Assembly (NCBI RefSeq): GCF_022045235.1
Contig: NW_027266308.1
Span: 9,734,001 to 9,798,000 of the forward strand
DNA from: Haliotis cracherodii
Lineage: Eukaryota
Reading direction: 5' to 3'
Length of the DNA stretch: 64,000 bases
In this document: positions 26,119-37,862 of the stretch, piece after piece
Layout: each line of letters begins with the position of its first letter
Numbering within the stretch: the first letter of the stretch is position 1
The notes under the pieces: model-generated
What the model was told of the DNA's origin: nothing
What the model saw: only the letters and a program-made list of their open reading frames with translations
Databases searched by the model: none
Position numbers and translations under genes: made by a program

Positions 26119-26363
26119 GTATCCTTTTGGTGTATTTCTGTTCCGATGTCGATAGTTTCCGATATCTAGTCAGCTCAATGTCGCCGAATAGTGTGACTCT
26201 CATTGTAGTCTACTTTCATTCTAATGTCTAACCGGTTTCGTGTACCTTTTGGATTTGTACTTTTATGCTGATTATATTTTTGTGTACAGTAAGATTAATA
26301 GATTTTGCGTACTGTTCTTGAAAATGTTGAAAGCACCATTCCATTTTTCTTAATCCAAAAAAG
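26119..26363 (+). other. U12-type (minor spliceosome) GT-AG intron 1 of CNIH4-like gene
   Basis: 5' site GTATCCTTT; branch-point-like TTTCTTAAT at about 26346-26354, ~10 nt before the AG; no polypyrimidine tract between them (CCAAAAAAG). Confidence 0.85.
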
Positions 26364-26432
26364 ATCATAACACTGTCAGACTTGGAGTGTGACTATCTTA
26401 ACGCCACATCATGCTGCAGTAAACTCAACTAT
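26364..26432 (+). CDS. CNIH4: CNIH4-like coding exon 2
   Basis: [23 protein letters not shown], the cornichon signature (LSDLECDY-N...CCSKLN). Donor GTAAGT. Confidence 0.95.
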
Positions 26433-26699
26433 GTAAGTTTACAGGACTGTGACCGAGGCAGGACGCATTTAATTGATGAGACCAAGTTCATACCTATTGC
26501 AGTACATTGCTGTGCTAATCTGCCATCAATGGCCATAACTGTCCTATGTACGATTTATAGCAAGGCACCACGAAGACATGTCACTAATGGGACATGGGAC
26601 ATATACGCTACTCAACAAACTATAACTCCTCTCTGTGTCTATTTGTTATTCTACTCAGATCTATTTAAATCAGGAGTATTAACCAAATGGTGGCACATG

Positions 26700-27055
26700 G
26701 TCCTGTGCACAGAACACAGGTCCCAAATCAGGTGAAGTTAAGCAACGTCCGTCGCGGAAAGTCCTTGGCTGGGTGACCACGTTTCATCAGCTTGGCTCCT
26801 GAGAGTTTCTAGGGCTTCGGTCCTGCCCCACACTGAAGCACATGTAACACATGTGGCGTCTCCTTGGGCAAGTGACTTTGTTCAAAATGTGCCTCTGTTC
26901 ACCCAGCAGTGAATGGGTACCTGGTAGGATGAGTGGTAATGTGGTTGTTAACCATCAAGCACGTAACAGGCAGCTAGGGTTGTACACTCCCCAGGGAGCT
27001 GAGAATGATTCTTGAGTGCACACTGATCCAGTGACCGGGATAATAATAACACTTT
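26700..27055 (+). mobile_element. 5S rRNA-derived SINE (SINE3-type)
   Basis: GAAGTTAAGCAACGTC...GTCCTTGGCTGGGTGACC resembles the 5S internal control region. It is followed by a repeated body (CCCAGCAGTGAATGGGTACC...CTCCCCAGGGAGCTGAGAATGA) and an (AAT)n tail; body fragments recur at about 1-30, 6380-6775, 8520-8620 and 32200-32335. Confidence 0.7.
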
Positions 27056-27060
27056 GGGAT

Positions 27061-27442
27061 TAGGGCTGGCATGGGTACTCGGGTCGGGTGGGTACTGAAT
27101 AGGACCCGTGGATGGTCACGTGATATATTGTTTAATGACAAAAAGTATCTGAAACTCCATGTTTAAACTACAAGTCACTAATGATCACAGTTCTTTCTGA
27201 CTACTACGCCCATTCCTTCTGACTTTTATATGTTTGAATAGAAATAAAACTTAGTCAACTTCAGTGTATACACCAGATCATTTTATACATGTATCTAAAC
27301 ACATTTTACTAGAGCTACGGTCAAACTTTTTCCAATAGGACAGTTTGTAGCTATCTCTTGAGACCTACAGCAGGTACCTGGGTTGGGTCGGGTAATAGGG
27401 GGTGGGTACCCGGGTAGTAAATTTGGACTGGTCCCAGCCCTA
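27061..27442 (-). mobile_element. hAT-type MITE (family E), inverted copy
   Basis: Homologous to 9774-10165 in reverse orientation; TSD TTTGGGAT/GTTGGGAT (7/8). Confidence 0.85.
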
Positions 27443-27510
27443 GTTGGGATGAAAGTATATTATGGCCTGAAGCTTTGACCAACACTCAATGATTTTTACT
27501 CCTGTTCCAG

Positions 27511-27623
27511 TGGATCCTTCCAGAGCTGATAGCTCAAGACTTTCTGACCATCGTCCTCTTACTCAGTGGTCACTGGGTGCTGTTCCTGATGTATGCTCCG
27601 CTTGGGGCATGGATCACCTACAA
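27511..27623 (+). CDS. CNIH4: CNIH4-like coding exon 3
   Basis: WILPELIAQDFLTIVLLLSGHWVLFLMYAPLGAWITY(K). Acceptor TTCCAG, donor GTAGGT. Confidence 0.92.
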
Positions 27624-27960
27624 GTAGGTCTCACTGCAAATTAATTTATTATGGAGTTCAAAGTCTAACATACCTGCAAGCGACCCCATCTCCGTTATCC
27701 ATTACTAATTTATATTTCCACTGAAAGCTATGGTGACAATTATTACACTATGTACACAGAGATATTCTCTGATATCGTTTATATCATAAAATAGTTATTT
27801 TATTGATCAAAATGTTGATTGTTATTTGACATGTTTGAGGTAAATTAATTAGTTTATTTTTAAAAATCAAGGGAAATTTCTACATGTGTTGCATTGTTTC
27901 TTATCATAGTCATGGCCATGTGGCACAGTCAACTGAGGTCAACAATTCCCTGTGCAGAGT

Positions 27961-28247
27961 AGGGGGCAGGGGTGGCCCAGTCGTATAAGGCGCCGCGATT
28001 CGCTGTGCAGAGTTGCGTCCCTTGGGCACGCCAGAAACCTATGATTGTGGGTTTGAATCCCGGTTCTTCCCTATTATGTTTCTAGGTTTGTCAGCACCAT
28101 ACCCGTGCTCGTGGGTTTCACCGAGGTGGTAAACATCTGAGACCTGCATCAGTTCGGGCTTTCTCCCACATTAAGCTGAGACGCCGTGATATAACTGGAA
28201 TACTGTTAAAAGCGGCGTTAAACCGAATACACTCACTCACTCACTTA
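27961..28247 (+). mobile_element. SINE family B, nested in an older family B copy
   Basis: 11-bp TSD CTGTGCAGAGT; the flanks are a degenerate copy of the same family. Confidence 0.9.
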
Positions 28248-28529
28248 CTGTGCAGAGTGGAGCCCCTAGCCATGCTAAAATCTATGATTGTCATGACCAT
28301 GGGTCTGAATTCCAGTTTGCCATGATTGTTTCTTGGTTTGTCAGCACCATACCTGTGGTCATGGGTTGCACTGCACATATAAAGTAGTAAACGTCTAAGA
28401 TTGTATCACTGTGGGCTTCCCTCCCTCAACAAGTGACACACATGATTTTACTGAAAAAGATGAACGCTGCGTAAAAACAAACTGTCACACTCGCCCATCT
28501 CAACAGCTTTTCATTCTGTAGGTGAGGTG

Positions 28530-28876
28530 AAATTGGGTTTAATGTTGCATCCAAGACTATTGCACTTATATAGCGACGTGTGTGTGTGTGTGTGTGTGTG
28601 TGCGCGTGCGCGTGCGTGTGCGCGTGCGTGTGCATGATTATTAGTGCTATCCCACTGAGATACCATGTCGCAGTTTAACATGAACACCCCACTCAGACAC
28701 AGTATACTGACTCCGAGATGACCAGTCCTTGTTATTCCCCCTTAATGCTGAGCGCCAGGCAGGGTAGCAACAAGTACCAGCATTTAACATTTTTTGGTAT
28801 GATGTGGCCTGGGATTAAACCCCGTACCTTCCGCTCTCCAGGGTGGACATTCAACCACTAGACCACGGAGGCAGTC
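28530..28876 (-). mobile_element. V-SINE-like tRNA-derived SINE with an internal (TG)n tract
   Basis: Minus strand has A box TGGTCTAGTGG, B-box-like GGTTTAATCC, and a V-domain-like CATACCAAA...GGTACTTGTTGCTACCCTGCCTGGCGCTCAGCATTAAGG. Confidence 0.65.
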
Positions 28877-29032
28877 TTTTCATTCCGTAACAATGGTAAC
28901 CATGCTAACCATCATCATGATTATCAGATGTTGTTATTCATCAGTCGGCTCTAGACCTGTCACAACTAGAAACATGATTGATGTGAGATGTGTTCGCAAT
29001 GACAGGTTTAATCACAAGTTATTTCAACAAGT

Positions 29033-29193
29033 GGATAGCTTAGTGGTTAAAGCGTTCACTCATCATGCTGAAGACCCGGGTTCGATTCCCCACATGGGTA
29101 CAATGTGTGAAGCCCATTTCTGGTGTCCTCTGTCGTGATATTGCTGGTATATTGCTCAAGGCAGCGTAAAACCATACTCACTCACTCACTCAC
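29033..29193 (+). mobile_element. SINE family A
   Basis: Same body; 13-bp TSD TATTTCAACAAGT. Confidence 0.9.
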
Positions 29194-29339
29194 TATTTCA
29201 ACAAGTAACGAAGCTGCTGTAGCTGTTGGTCCAGCTGGTCCATGCACACTGATTGCTAAGATGTTTTGGCAAATTGGGGAGTTGGCTTTAAACAGCGAGA
29301 CGGCCAACTTTACTCAACCCAAAAAATTAGAGATGGGTA

Positions 29340-29776
29340 CAGAGCTCCAGACTTTTTGAGCAATTGAGTTTTTACTTGAAGATTTCTATTTTTATTGGGA
29401 TATTACATTATTTTCATTGGGTAACCAATATTTTTTCACTCATCTATTCAACACTCTATTGGTTTTCCCAAAATGAGTAAGCATTTTGAAATTTGAAAAA
29501 AAATGAAATAATGTTTTAGATGTAAATAACGGTTCTAAATATAGGCTTCACTCGGAAAGTAAGTTACTCGTAATTGTGTTTCGGAAATTTGTTCCGTTGT
29601 ACGCATGCTGAAAAAGCTTCATTGGGTATTTACGTGTGCTGTTTTCCATGTTTTCAAACAATTGAGTTTTACATTTAATGCATGCGTTTTTGTACGCCAG
29701 TTAATTGAAAGCATTTGGGTTTTGAATAGATTCTAGGAGGTATTTTACGTAAATACGTAGCTTATCTGTAGCTCTG
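29340..29776 (+). mobile_element. Non-autonomous DNA element (family F), copy 1
   Basis: CAGAGCTCCAGA...TCTGTAGCTCTG termini; clearly homologous to about 59218-59623. Confidence 0.7.
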
Positions 29777-29852
29777 GGATATCTGCCTAAGGACACTACA
29801 GTAATATTAAAGTCTCTAGATCTCCCTTGCTGATGAAGACATTGATTTTCAG

Positions 29853-29993
29853 ATTTGTGGTCAACCCATCTGGAAATATCGGAATGTTTGACCCTACAGA
29901 GATCCACAATAGGCAGCAGCTCAAACTCTACATGAAAGAAAGTCTTGTTCGACTTGGTTTCCATCTTATTTTCTTCTTTGTCTACCTGTACTG
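29853..29993 (+). CDS. CNIH4: CNIH4-like coding exon 4
   Basis: [46 protein letters not shown](W). The [14 protein letters not shown] motif is typical of CNIH4. Confidence 0.95.
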
Positions 29994-30354
29994 GTAAGTG
30001 GCTGGATATAAGAGGCTAGTGTACATCAGGAATTTAAAAGATTTGATTTTACCCTGGTTGACTGCATGTCAAACCCTGAGGTGTGGATTGTTACTCAATA
30101 TCAGTCACTGGACTGTCTGGTCCAGACTTGTTTTTTTATATTTATTATGCTTGCTTGCTGTTACGGGCAACTATGTTTGTCATAAGAGGCGACTAACAGG
30201 ATCGGGTGCTCAGGATCGCTGACTTAGTTGATGCATGTCATCGTATCCCAATTGCCTAGATCGATGCTCATGAAGTTAATTATTGGATTTTCTAGTCCAG
30301 ACTCGATTATTTACAGACCGCCATCATATAGCTGGAATATTGCTGAATGTGGCA

Positions 30355-30590
30355 TTTTGTATTGTTTATCTGATTGACTGTTGTCTTGTATTATGTATCT
30401 GATTGACTGTTGTTTTCTTTATCTGATTGACTGTTGTTTTGTTTAACTGATTGACTGTTATCTTGTATTGTGTATCTGATTGACTGATTTGTTTATCTGT
30501 TGACTGTTGTCTTGAATTGTATCTGATTGACTGTTGTTTTGTGTATCTGATTGACTGTTTTGTTTATCTGATCAGCTGTTGTTTTGTTCA
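30355..30590 (+). repeat. Degenerate ~25-bp repeat (TATCTGATTGACTGTTGTTTTG) ending at the CNIH4 last acceptor
   Basis: About 9 units running into GTTTTGTTCACAG. Confidence 0.85.
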
Positions 30591-30593
30591 CAG

Positions 30594-30630
30594 GATGATT
30601 TATTCACTGGTCAAGGGCGATGAGAGCTGA
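30594..30630 (+). CDS. CNIH4: CNIH4-like terminal coding exon 5
   Basis: (W)MIYSLVKGDES*. Acceptor TTCACAG, phase-consistent; total CDS 435 nt = 144 aa. Confidence 0.85.
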
Positions 30631-31470
30631 AGCACAGGTCCGAGGTCCCCTCACGATGTGATGCCTACCAAGGATGTACCAAGGAGACCTGTCACTGTTA
30701 ACATGATACACTGGTCGTTCCTTTCTTTTCTTAGTTAGGTCATAAGTTTTTTATGCATTTGATGAATATACGTATAGCTGCCATGTGTTCAGGGTTCTCA
30801 CTGTGCAGGGAATTATTGAGAAAATGCCACAGTTGTCATCCTCTAGTTGTTGGTTAAATGATTGATATGTTTTAAATGATTAGTAAAGATGAGTAACTCT
30901 ACGGAAGATGATAGAGTAATATAATTTAAAAACATCAGTGGGCATTCTTTTTTATCTCTGCAGACTTTGTTTTCCCTAAACAAATAATTTAGAAACATAG
31001 TATTATTTGTTGTTGAAGGAGTGCTCTGTTCGAATGATATTCCAAACGAGCAGGCTCCATTATGTGTGGTTGCAGTTTCCTTTAAAATCACAGTGTTGTA
31101 CTTAAACTATATACAGTGAAACCCTGGCATGAAATCTGGAAGTCTGGATGAAATCTGATATAACTGAACAGATGATCTGGATCCTGACAGTTTGACAGGG
31201 CACAGGGTTTTCACTATTGTCCCCAAACACCTTAAAACATTTTCATTTTTATTAACATATTCAAAAAATGTTTTGTTCTTTCCATGCAAACTACTGAAGA
31301 AGTAAAAGAACAACCAATTTTTTCATACGACTAAAATTAATCTTTCTTACCAAGACAGGTCTCATGACAGGTCTCATGACAAGTCAATCTGTCATGAAAA
31401 CATTGGGTGTTTATTTACTTCTTTTGAGTTGGTATGTGTCCCACTGTACAGGGTATTTCTTTTCGTGCAG

Positions 31471-31627
31471 GGCGGTCGGGTAGCCTAGTGGTTAAAGCGT
31501 TCGCTCGTCACGCCGAAGACCCGGGTTCGATTCCTGACATGGGTACAATGCGTGAAGGCCATTTCTGGTGTCCCCTGCCGTGATCCTAAAAGGGGTGTAA
31601 AACCATACTCACTCACTCACTCACTCA
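31471..31627 (+). mobile_element. tRNA-derived SINE family A, full length
   Basis: A box TAGCCTAGTGG, B box GGTTCGATTCC, (CACT)n tail, 14-bp TSD TTCTTTTCGTGCAG. Confidence 0.92.
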
Positions 31628-34600
31628 TTCTTTTCGTGCAGTAGGTTTCTGATTTTAGTTTGATGTATATTTAGAGAATAGCCCACAAGCTACTGTTAAT
31701 TATGGGTTTTCTGTCTTAAAGGGAAATAACTTTGCAAGTTCCAAGCCTTGGCTGGACACTTTCAACATTAATTCATAAGGGGCAGATAATCCTGTAATTC
31801 TGTGTTGCGAGTCGGTATTTCCTTGTGTTACCCAGGCCCTGTTGCTGTATTTTCTGTTATAAAAGTGGAACATCTGCTCTGTTAGTGGATTGGTGCAAAC
31901 ACGTCACATATAATTGTTTGTGACGTCATAGACAATGGATGATGTCATCTTCGTTTTTTTCCAACAGTGCTTTCATGTGATGTTGCCCTGGCATAGGCAC
32001 AATGGGCATTTTCATAAACAATAGAACACTTGGAACGAACTAGCACATGCAAGTTATTATTCTCAGTGAGAACTAGTTTGTACTAAACCCATGCTCTTGT
32101 CACCAAAGTGACCTGCATTGATTTGGGCTTTCCTCCCACATTAAGCTAACACGTCGTGATATAACTGGAATACTGTTCAAAGCAGTTTTATAAAATAGTA
32201 ATAATAATAGGTCATTTATGTTTCGCATATTTCCACACGACTCAGGCGCATGCTCAAAGCACTATTATAACCCCGGTCAGTGGATCAGTGCGCACTCGAG
32301 AATCATTCTCAGCTCCATGGGGAGTATACTGCCCAACTCAATGTGAATTACTGAAAGTCTTTTCACCTTTATCTATGCCTCTTTGGGCACGATGGGTCAT
32401 ATTAAAAAATTCTGAATGAAATGTTTTGTTCCTCTCTCAAATATAAATTCAAGAAATAGTATTTCTGTTCACAGCATTATACACAAGATCATTTAGAATT
32501 AGTAAAGCGGATCTTACGTCACAAATCCAAAGATGAGATCGAACATTGCTACTGACATCTTAGAGGAGATTGTTTGGCTGTTGTCATGGTGATTAGTCAC
32601 ATGTGACACCTGGAGCAGGTGTAATGTGTCAAATATTTCTCAAAAAATTATTTTGTATTGCTGAAATAACAGAGAGCAAATTATATGGACAGGTGACAGA
32701 ATGTGATTTCAAGTGTATTTAGTCCGAAGTATTACATAGAACAGAATTTGACGTGATCATCTGTTTTCATCACTTTGATCACTTGTATGTGCAAATGAAA
32801 TTTGGTATACTAATCACTAATTCTATTCTCCATTTAATATCCAAAGTCCAATAAACATCAGGACTGTCCAGATTCTCTCCTGTGTTTCATCAAGAGGTTA
32901 TATCAAACACAAAAGGATTTTATTTTTTAATCTAACTTTCTCTACTTGCCACTCTGCTGTCTGGCATTGGAGAGAAAAGCTGGTGTTGGATTTGGTCCCC
33001 GCAACTGATAATCGTTGTGCGAGGAAGGTGTTTGAAATAATTGTAAGACCCAACAAGATAGTCAGGCAGATGACCCATTGGCGTTGTCTGCCCATCTTCA
33101 AAGTTACCTGCCAACATTCAGATATTGTAAAAATTGAAAAATCACAAAAACAAATCAAAGACAAATCACATCTATTGCGTCTTGATTTAGCTGAAATAAT
33201 GCAAACAATTACTTGAAAATCTACAAGGAGTTACAATAAAACTGAATATGTAAGTTGTCTTAAAATTATCTGCCAGACAGTCGGGCAGGTGGAGGAAAAT
33301 TTCATGCAGCCCGACAGGAAAGTTACCAGCCGCGGGCAGGCGGGCAGGCAGTTATTTCAGACACTGTACAGGGTGGCCTGATCTATCAGGTGGTCAAGCT
33401 AGGTGGCTTGGTTGGTTGTGTGCCTTCCCACCCTGACAGCTTGCTTATAACAATCACTGGATTGTCTGGCCCAGACTCGATTACCATTAGGATTTGATGA
33501 CGATGTTATTAGCTGTGGCTATCTGTGTCGAGTTGCATCCATTGTATATCATCCTACAAGGAACTGTATGTGTTTGTGCTGGCTGCAAGTGTGTCCACTT
33601 CTTGGTTATTGGTGCAAAAGAACAAATTGAGAACCATTGTGCAATATTGTATATTGTTGTAGAGATGTACAGGATGTCTGTGAGAAATGTCTGTTGCAAG
33701 GAAGAGAAGTTTTCCATCGATCCGTGGATGACGTGACATCAAGGGTTGATTCTGCTATACATGCCATTACAATAGTGTCGGCGTCAAAGGGAGATAACTC
33801 TAGATACCAGAAGTGAGAATGTAAACAATGTCAGTGTGGGGAAATTCTAATGTTGCTAAGTAACTTGTAAGTAATGGTAAGTGATGGAATGTTTGGTCCA
33901 TGTTGCTAGGATATGGGGTAGGTTGTGAGGATGTAACGAGGATTGTAGAAACATGAGTTGTGTTGAAACGAGCTGTTATGATCTTTCACAGGCATAAATC
34001 ATAGAATCCCCCACACCCCTGGGTAACTTACAGTGGATTTTGAAAACTGTTGATGGATGCTTTTTCTCTCCATCAAAGACAACAGGATTATCCATTGTTT
34101 TCAAGAAACAGTGTCATTTTACAGTTGCTAAGATATGTTCTGTTGAAGGGAGAACCTCATTTCTTTGAACTCTGCTGCCATTCAAACATGAATCTAGCAC
34201 CCCACAACCTCTAACATCAGGGTTACGACAAGGACTCTTGACTTTCATGCTTAAGTTTGAACACTGAACACCTTTTGATGGATGTTTTCTATCAAGGAAT
34301 CCAGAGTTATTCTTATTTTGTCCTGTTTCATGAAGCAACAATTGTTTATTTGTAAGCCGAAGTGAACGAGTTACAAGATGTAGCTCTGATCCCATTGTGA
34401 GACAAGGCACTGGTTCTCAAGTGGTGCCTTTTGTTGAAGGAAGTTGTGTTCAACCGGAAAACAATTTATTATCTTTAGGCTGAACATACGTGTCAGCTTT
34501 TTCAGTGCCTCATATCTAACCTCAGTATCTTAATAGCAGGATATATTTTCAACAAGAGAACTCAGATTCATAGCCAAAACAAGCAAAATTTTAATTTGTC

Positions 34601-37563
34601 TGAACTTAAAATAACAGTAAGCCGACTTTTATTCATGTTTTGATCTTATATTTTTCTTTTTGTATTTGTAGATTTTGTAATTTGTTTGTGTTTATATTTC
34701 CCCATCGTGTTTCACAATGTATGCTCTTGTCATGCTCATTATTACTTATCTCTCATGGACTAACACAAGTCTCTTTTCCGTTTCCGAAGCCCAATGACAA
34801 TGGATTGTGTGTGTGGAGTAGATTCCAAAACCCATTGGAAAAGACAGGATTGATATTTACTGGTTGAGACTAGATTTTCACTAGATGTGTTGTCTTCCAT
34901 CTGGTCATCCTGAGGCTGTGGAGTACAGTTTGACATTCATTGACACTAGACGCGAACCATTATCAATCTCATTAAAATCAGATCTTAGTTCTCTCTATCG
35001 CTAAACAAAGATCTTAGGACATCCCATTACGGTTCACGTCCGAACTTTTCACGTTCACTTACCAGATCATGAAAGTGACTGTCGGAATGTGTTTTGTTAT
35101 CATGCAACCTCGAAAACGTTAACACAGAATATTTCAAACGACAGTTACGGCCCGTATGACTGATTCCGTCAAAATTATCGTTTATTTCTCGCTTCCGTGG
35201 GATAAACATTTGAATGGAGGAGGCGTTGCACAGTACGTGGGATTCACTGCCATACAACCTCAACCATATATTAGACATTCCGAAATGTTCGTTTGTTCAG
35301 TTTTCAAAATTTTAATCGAGAACTGTGTCAACATATTTTTCAAGCGTAGTCTGAAATGGAACGCACCAGGGTGAAATGAATGCCTTGAAACTCGAGAAAG
35401 TTGCTTTCTAATCGACTGATGTCGACTTCTTGTTAGTCATTTCAGTGGTCGGTCAAAGTTCGCGAAAGGTCATGATGTCAATTACTGGATTGTCTGGTTC
35501 AGATTCAAATATTTACAGACCGCCGTCATATAGCTGGGATATTGCTGAGTGTGGTGTTAAACAACAAACGAACAAAACAAACAGAAATGATAGAATGTAT
35601 AATATATTGGATTTTCCTTGGAAAGATTGTTTTTGAGATACAGAAATCAGATATGCTTGTCTAAATGTTTGCTCACATGTACTGAGAATTTAATATCCAC
35701 GATGCTGATTGGCTGATTAGAAAGTTCACCTGCACGGCCTCCTATGGAAGGGCCAGATCTTCACGTGGCGAGATATTGTATCAGAGTAAACGATCTGATC
35801 TTAATGAGATTGCAGTATGCACTAACTAGCATTATTGAAAGAGTATGTATTTATCATTTTTTAGAGAATGTATATAAAAAGAAATGAAAGACCGAACAAG
35901 CCAACAGCATTTGTATACAGTTGAGAGTTTTCACTCACAACTACTGATTAACAAGTTTACCAAATTTACTGAAAAAATCTGTAAACGTAGTTTTCTGGTC
36001 ATTGCTTCGTCTATTTTCATTCTACTTCCCATCAGGGCCAGTAGAAATGCAAAGGTGGCAGCCACAACCAGATTTCAGCTAGTTGGCTCGCCAGCATTTT
36101 AATTGTCGAGTCCGCTCAAGAGTTAACTTGTCAGATAGGTTTGATTCTTCAGGTATGTGAAACCCATTGTTGGTGTCCCTGGTGAGATGTAGCTGGAATA
36201 TTACCATGGTTACCAAGACAGGCGTAAAACCATTTTCACTCACTCAATCGCAAAGGTTGGGCCATAAACACCAAAATACCACCCGTCCACAGAATTCTGG
36301 GTCCCTATTCACAGAGTGAATTGTGGCACTACGACTATTAAGACCTGCATTATGTGATGCTTGGGCATTGTGAAGAAATATCAGTGAAATAGTATGAAGT
36401 AGTCTTTTTTCATAACAGAGATAAACTATAATGTGAGGTTGGCTATCATTTTGTTTTTAGAAGTGTTTGTAGATTCACTGTATGGATTCACATCACAGGT
36501 GCTTCGTGCTTGTATTTCTGCAAATATTTACAGTATTTTATGATTTAATAGTCTAACATAAAGATTAACAACTAACAATGTAGACAAGTCAGGATGTAGA
36601 TATGTCTATATATCAACATCAGTTCCAGAATTACATACAGTTCTGGCTTAATTAAGAGTCCAGACCATAGATGATACCATATTAAGCGCCCTGATCCAAT
36701 AATTGCCCCCTTATCAACTTCTAGACCAGTGTGTAAGTACTCTGTATAAGCCCATTGTATCAAGCTTGAAAATTTGCAAGACAGTCATATTTTCTTGTGT
36801 ATATTACAGATTTTGTAGCAGAAAATGCTGTGTGAAGGATTATATAGTCGCCTCGTAACTATTATAAACAAAGGTTTAGAGTCATCAATGTGTAAATGTT
36901 TGTGCACTACAACTCGATTGTTGACAAATTTATCTTGTCTTATTAAGCCGGCCTTCCCTCATACCCTAAGTCCGAGGTGCTTATTATGGCAATATCCTGT
37001 AAACTATTGACAGCTATTTCAAAAATTCCGTTAATTTAAAAAAATATATATGTTGTTTAAGGAATAAAATCAAACACGCATAAAAGATTATTTTTGGGGG
37101 TGAAAAGTACAATATGTACCCGAACATGAAGTGGTCTTGTACATTGTATTTGTCATGAAGTAAGGCATGTCATGACTGTTGTATTTGGGAGCATGTGCTA
37201 CTTAAGTAATTTGTCTCAAAATTGACAAAGCCACTTATGTCGGCATATTGTTTGTAGTGTGGGTTCATGCTGACAAACTTGCCCGATAGGAGCGGCAAGA
37301 TATGTACAGAACTATTGTGGGCTGAAAAGAGATTATTTTGTATGTTACTGTCATATTTGAATATGTTTGACCTGTACAACATATCATCTCACTATTCTAA
37401 CACTTTTAGAATAAAATAATGTTTTACTGATTTCTGTCTTTGTTTATTAATATGTTGGTAAAAAAAAGTGTTCCTTTTTGAACATGGGACTGCTTTTTGT
37501 GTTGGATCTGAATTTGACTGCCGTCGAACATATCGATTGTCGGGATGAAAAAATGTTGCGTTC

Positions 37564-37862
37564 TAGGTCTGAGACGGGTAAATCAGGTCATGAGGTCCTT
37601 AGTAGGACCCACGTACCCACTAGACTACCCGGACCCATGGCTAGTATGTGACTTATTGTTTAATAACAATAAAACCTCATGGTTACACTACAAGTCGCTA
37701 ATGTTCCCATTTCTTTCTGACCTTGAACTCATTCCTACTAACTTTTATATGTTTAAGTAAAGATAACGGTTCAGTAAACTTAAGTGTACGCATGATCAGA
37801 TTGTTTGTACCCAAATCTTGAGCGGGTGCCTGGGTAGAAAATTTGGACTCGTCGTAGTCCTA
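37564..37862 (-). mobile_element. hAT-type MITE (family E), degenerate and deleted copy
   Basis: Shares the AAATTTGGACTCGTC terminus and internal blocks; degenerate 8-bp TSD. A further 5' fragment lies at about 62279-62344. Confidence 0.7.

Noticed and set aside
26724-26780. 5S rRNA gene
   Set aside because: Only the internal control region is similar; the 5' and 3' ends and terminator are missing, and it is fused to a repeat body.
31471-31545. tRNA gene call for SINE heads (also 12660, 27961, 49889, 53350)
   Set aside because: A/B boxes are followed by shared SINE bodies, simple-repeat tails and TSDs; no complete cloverleaf.
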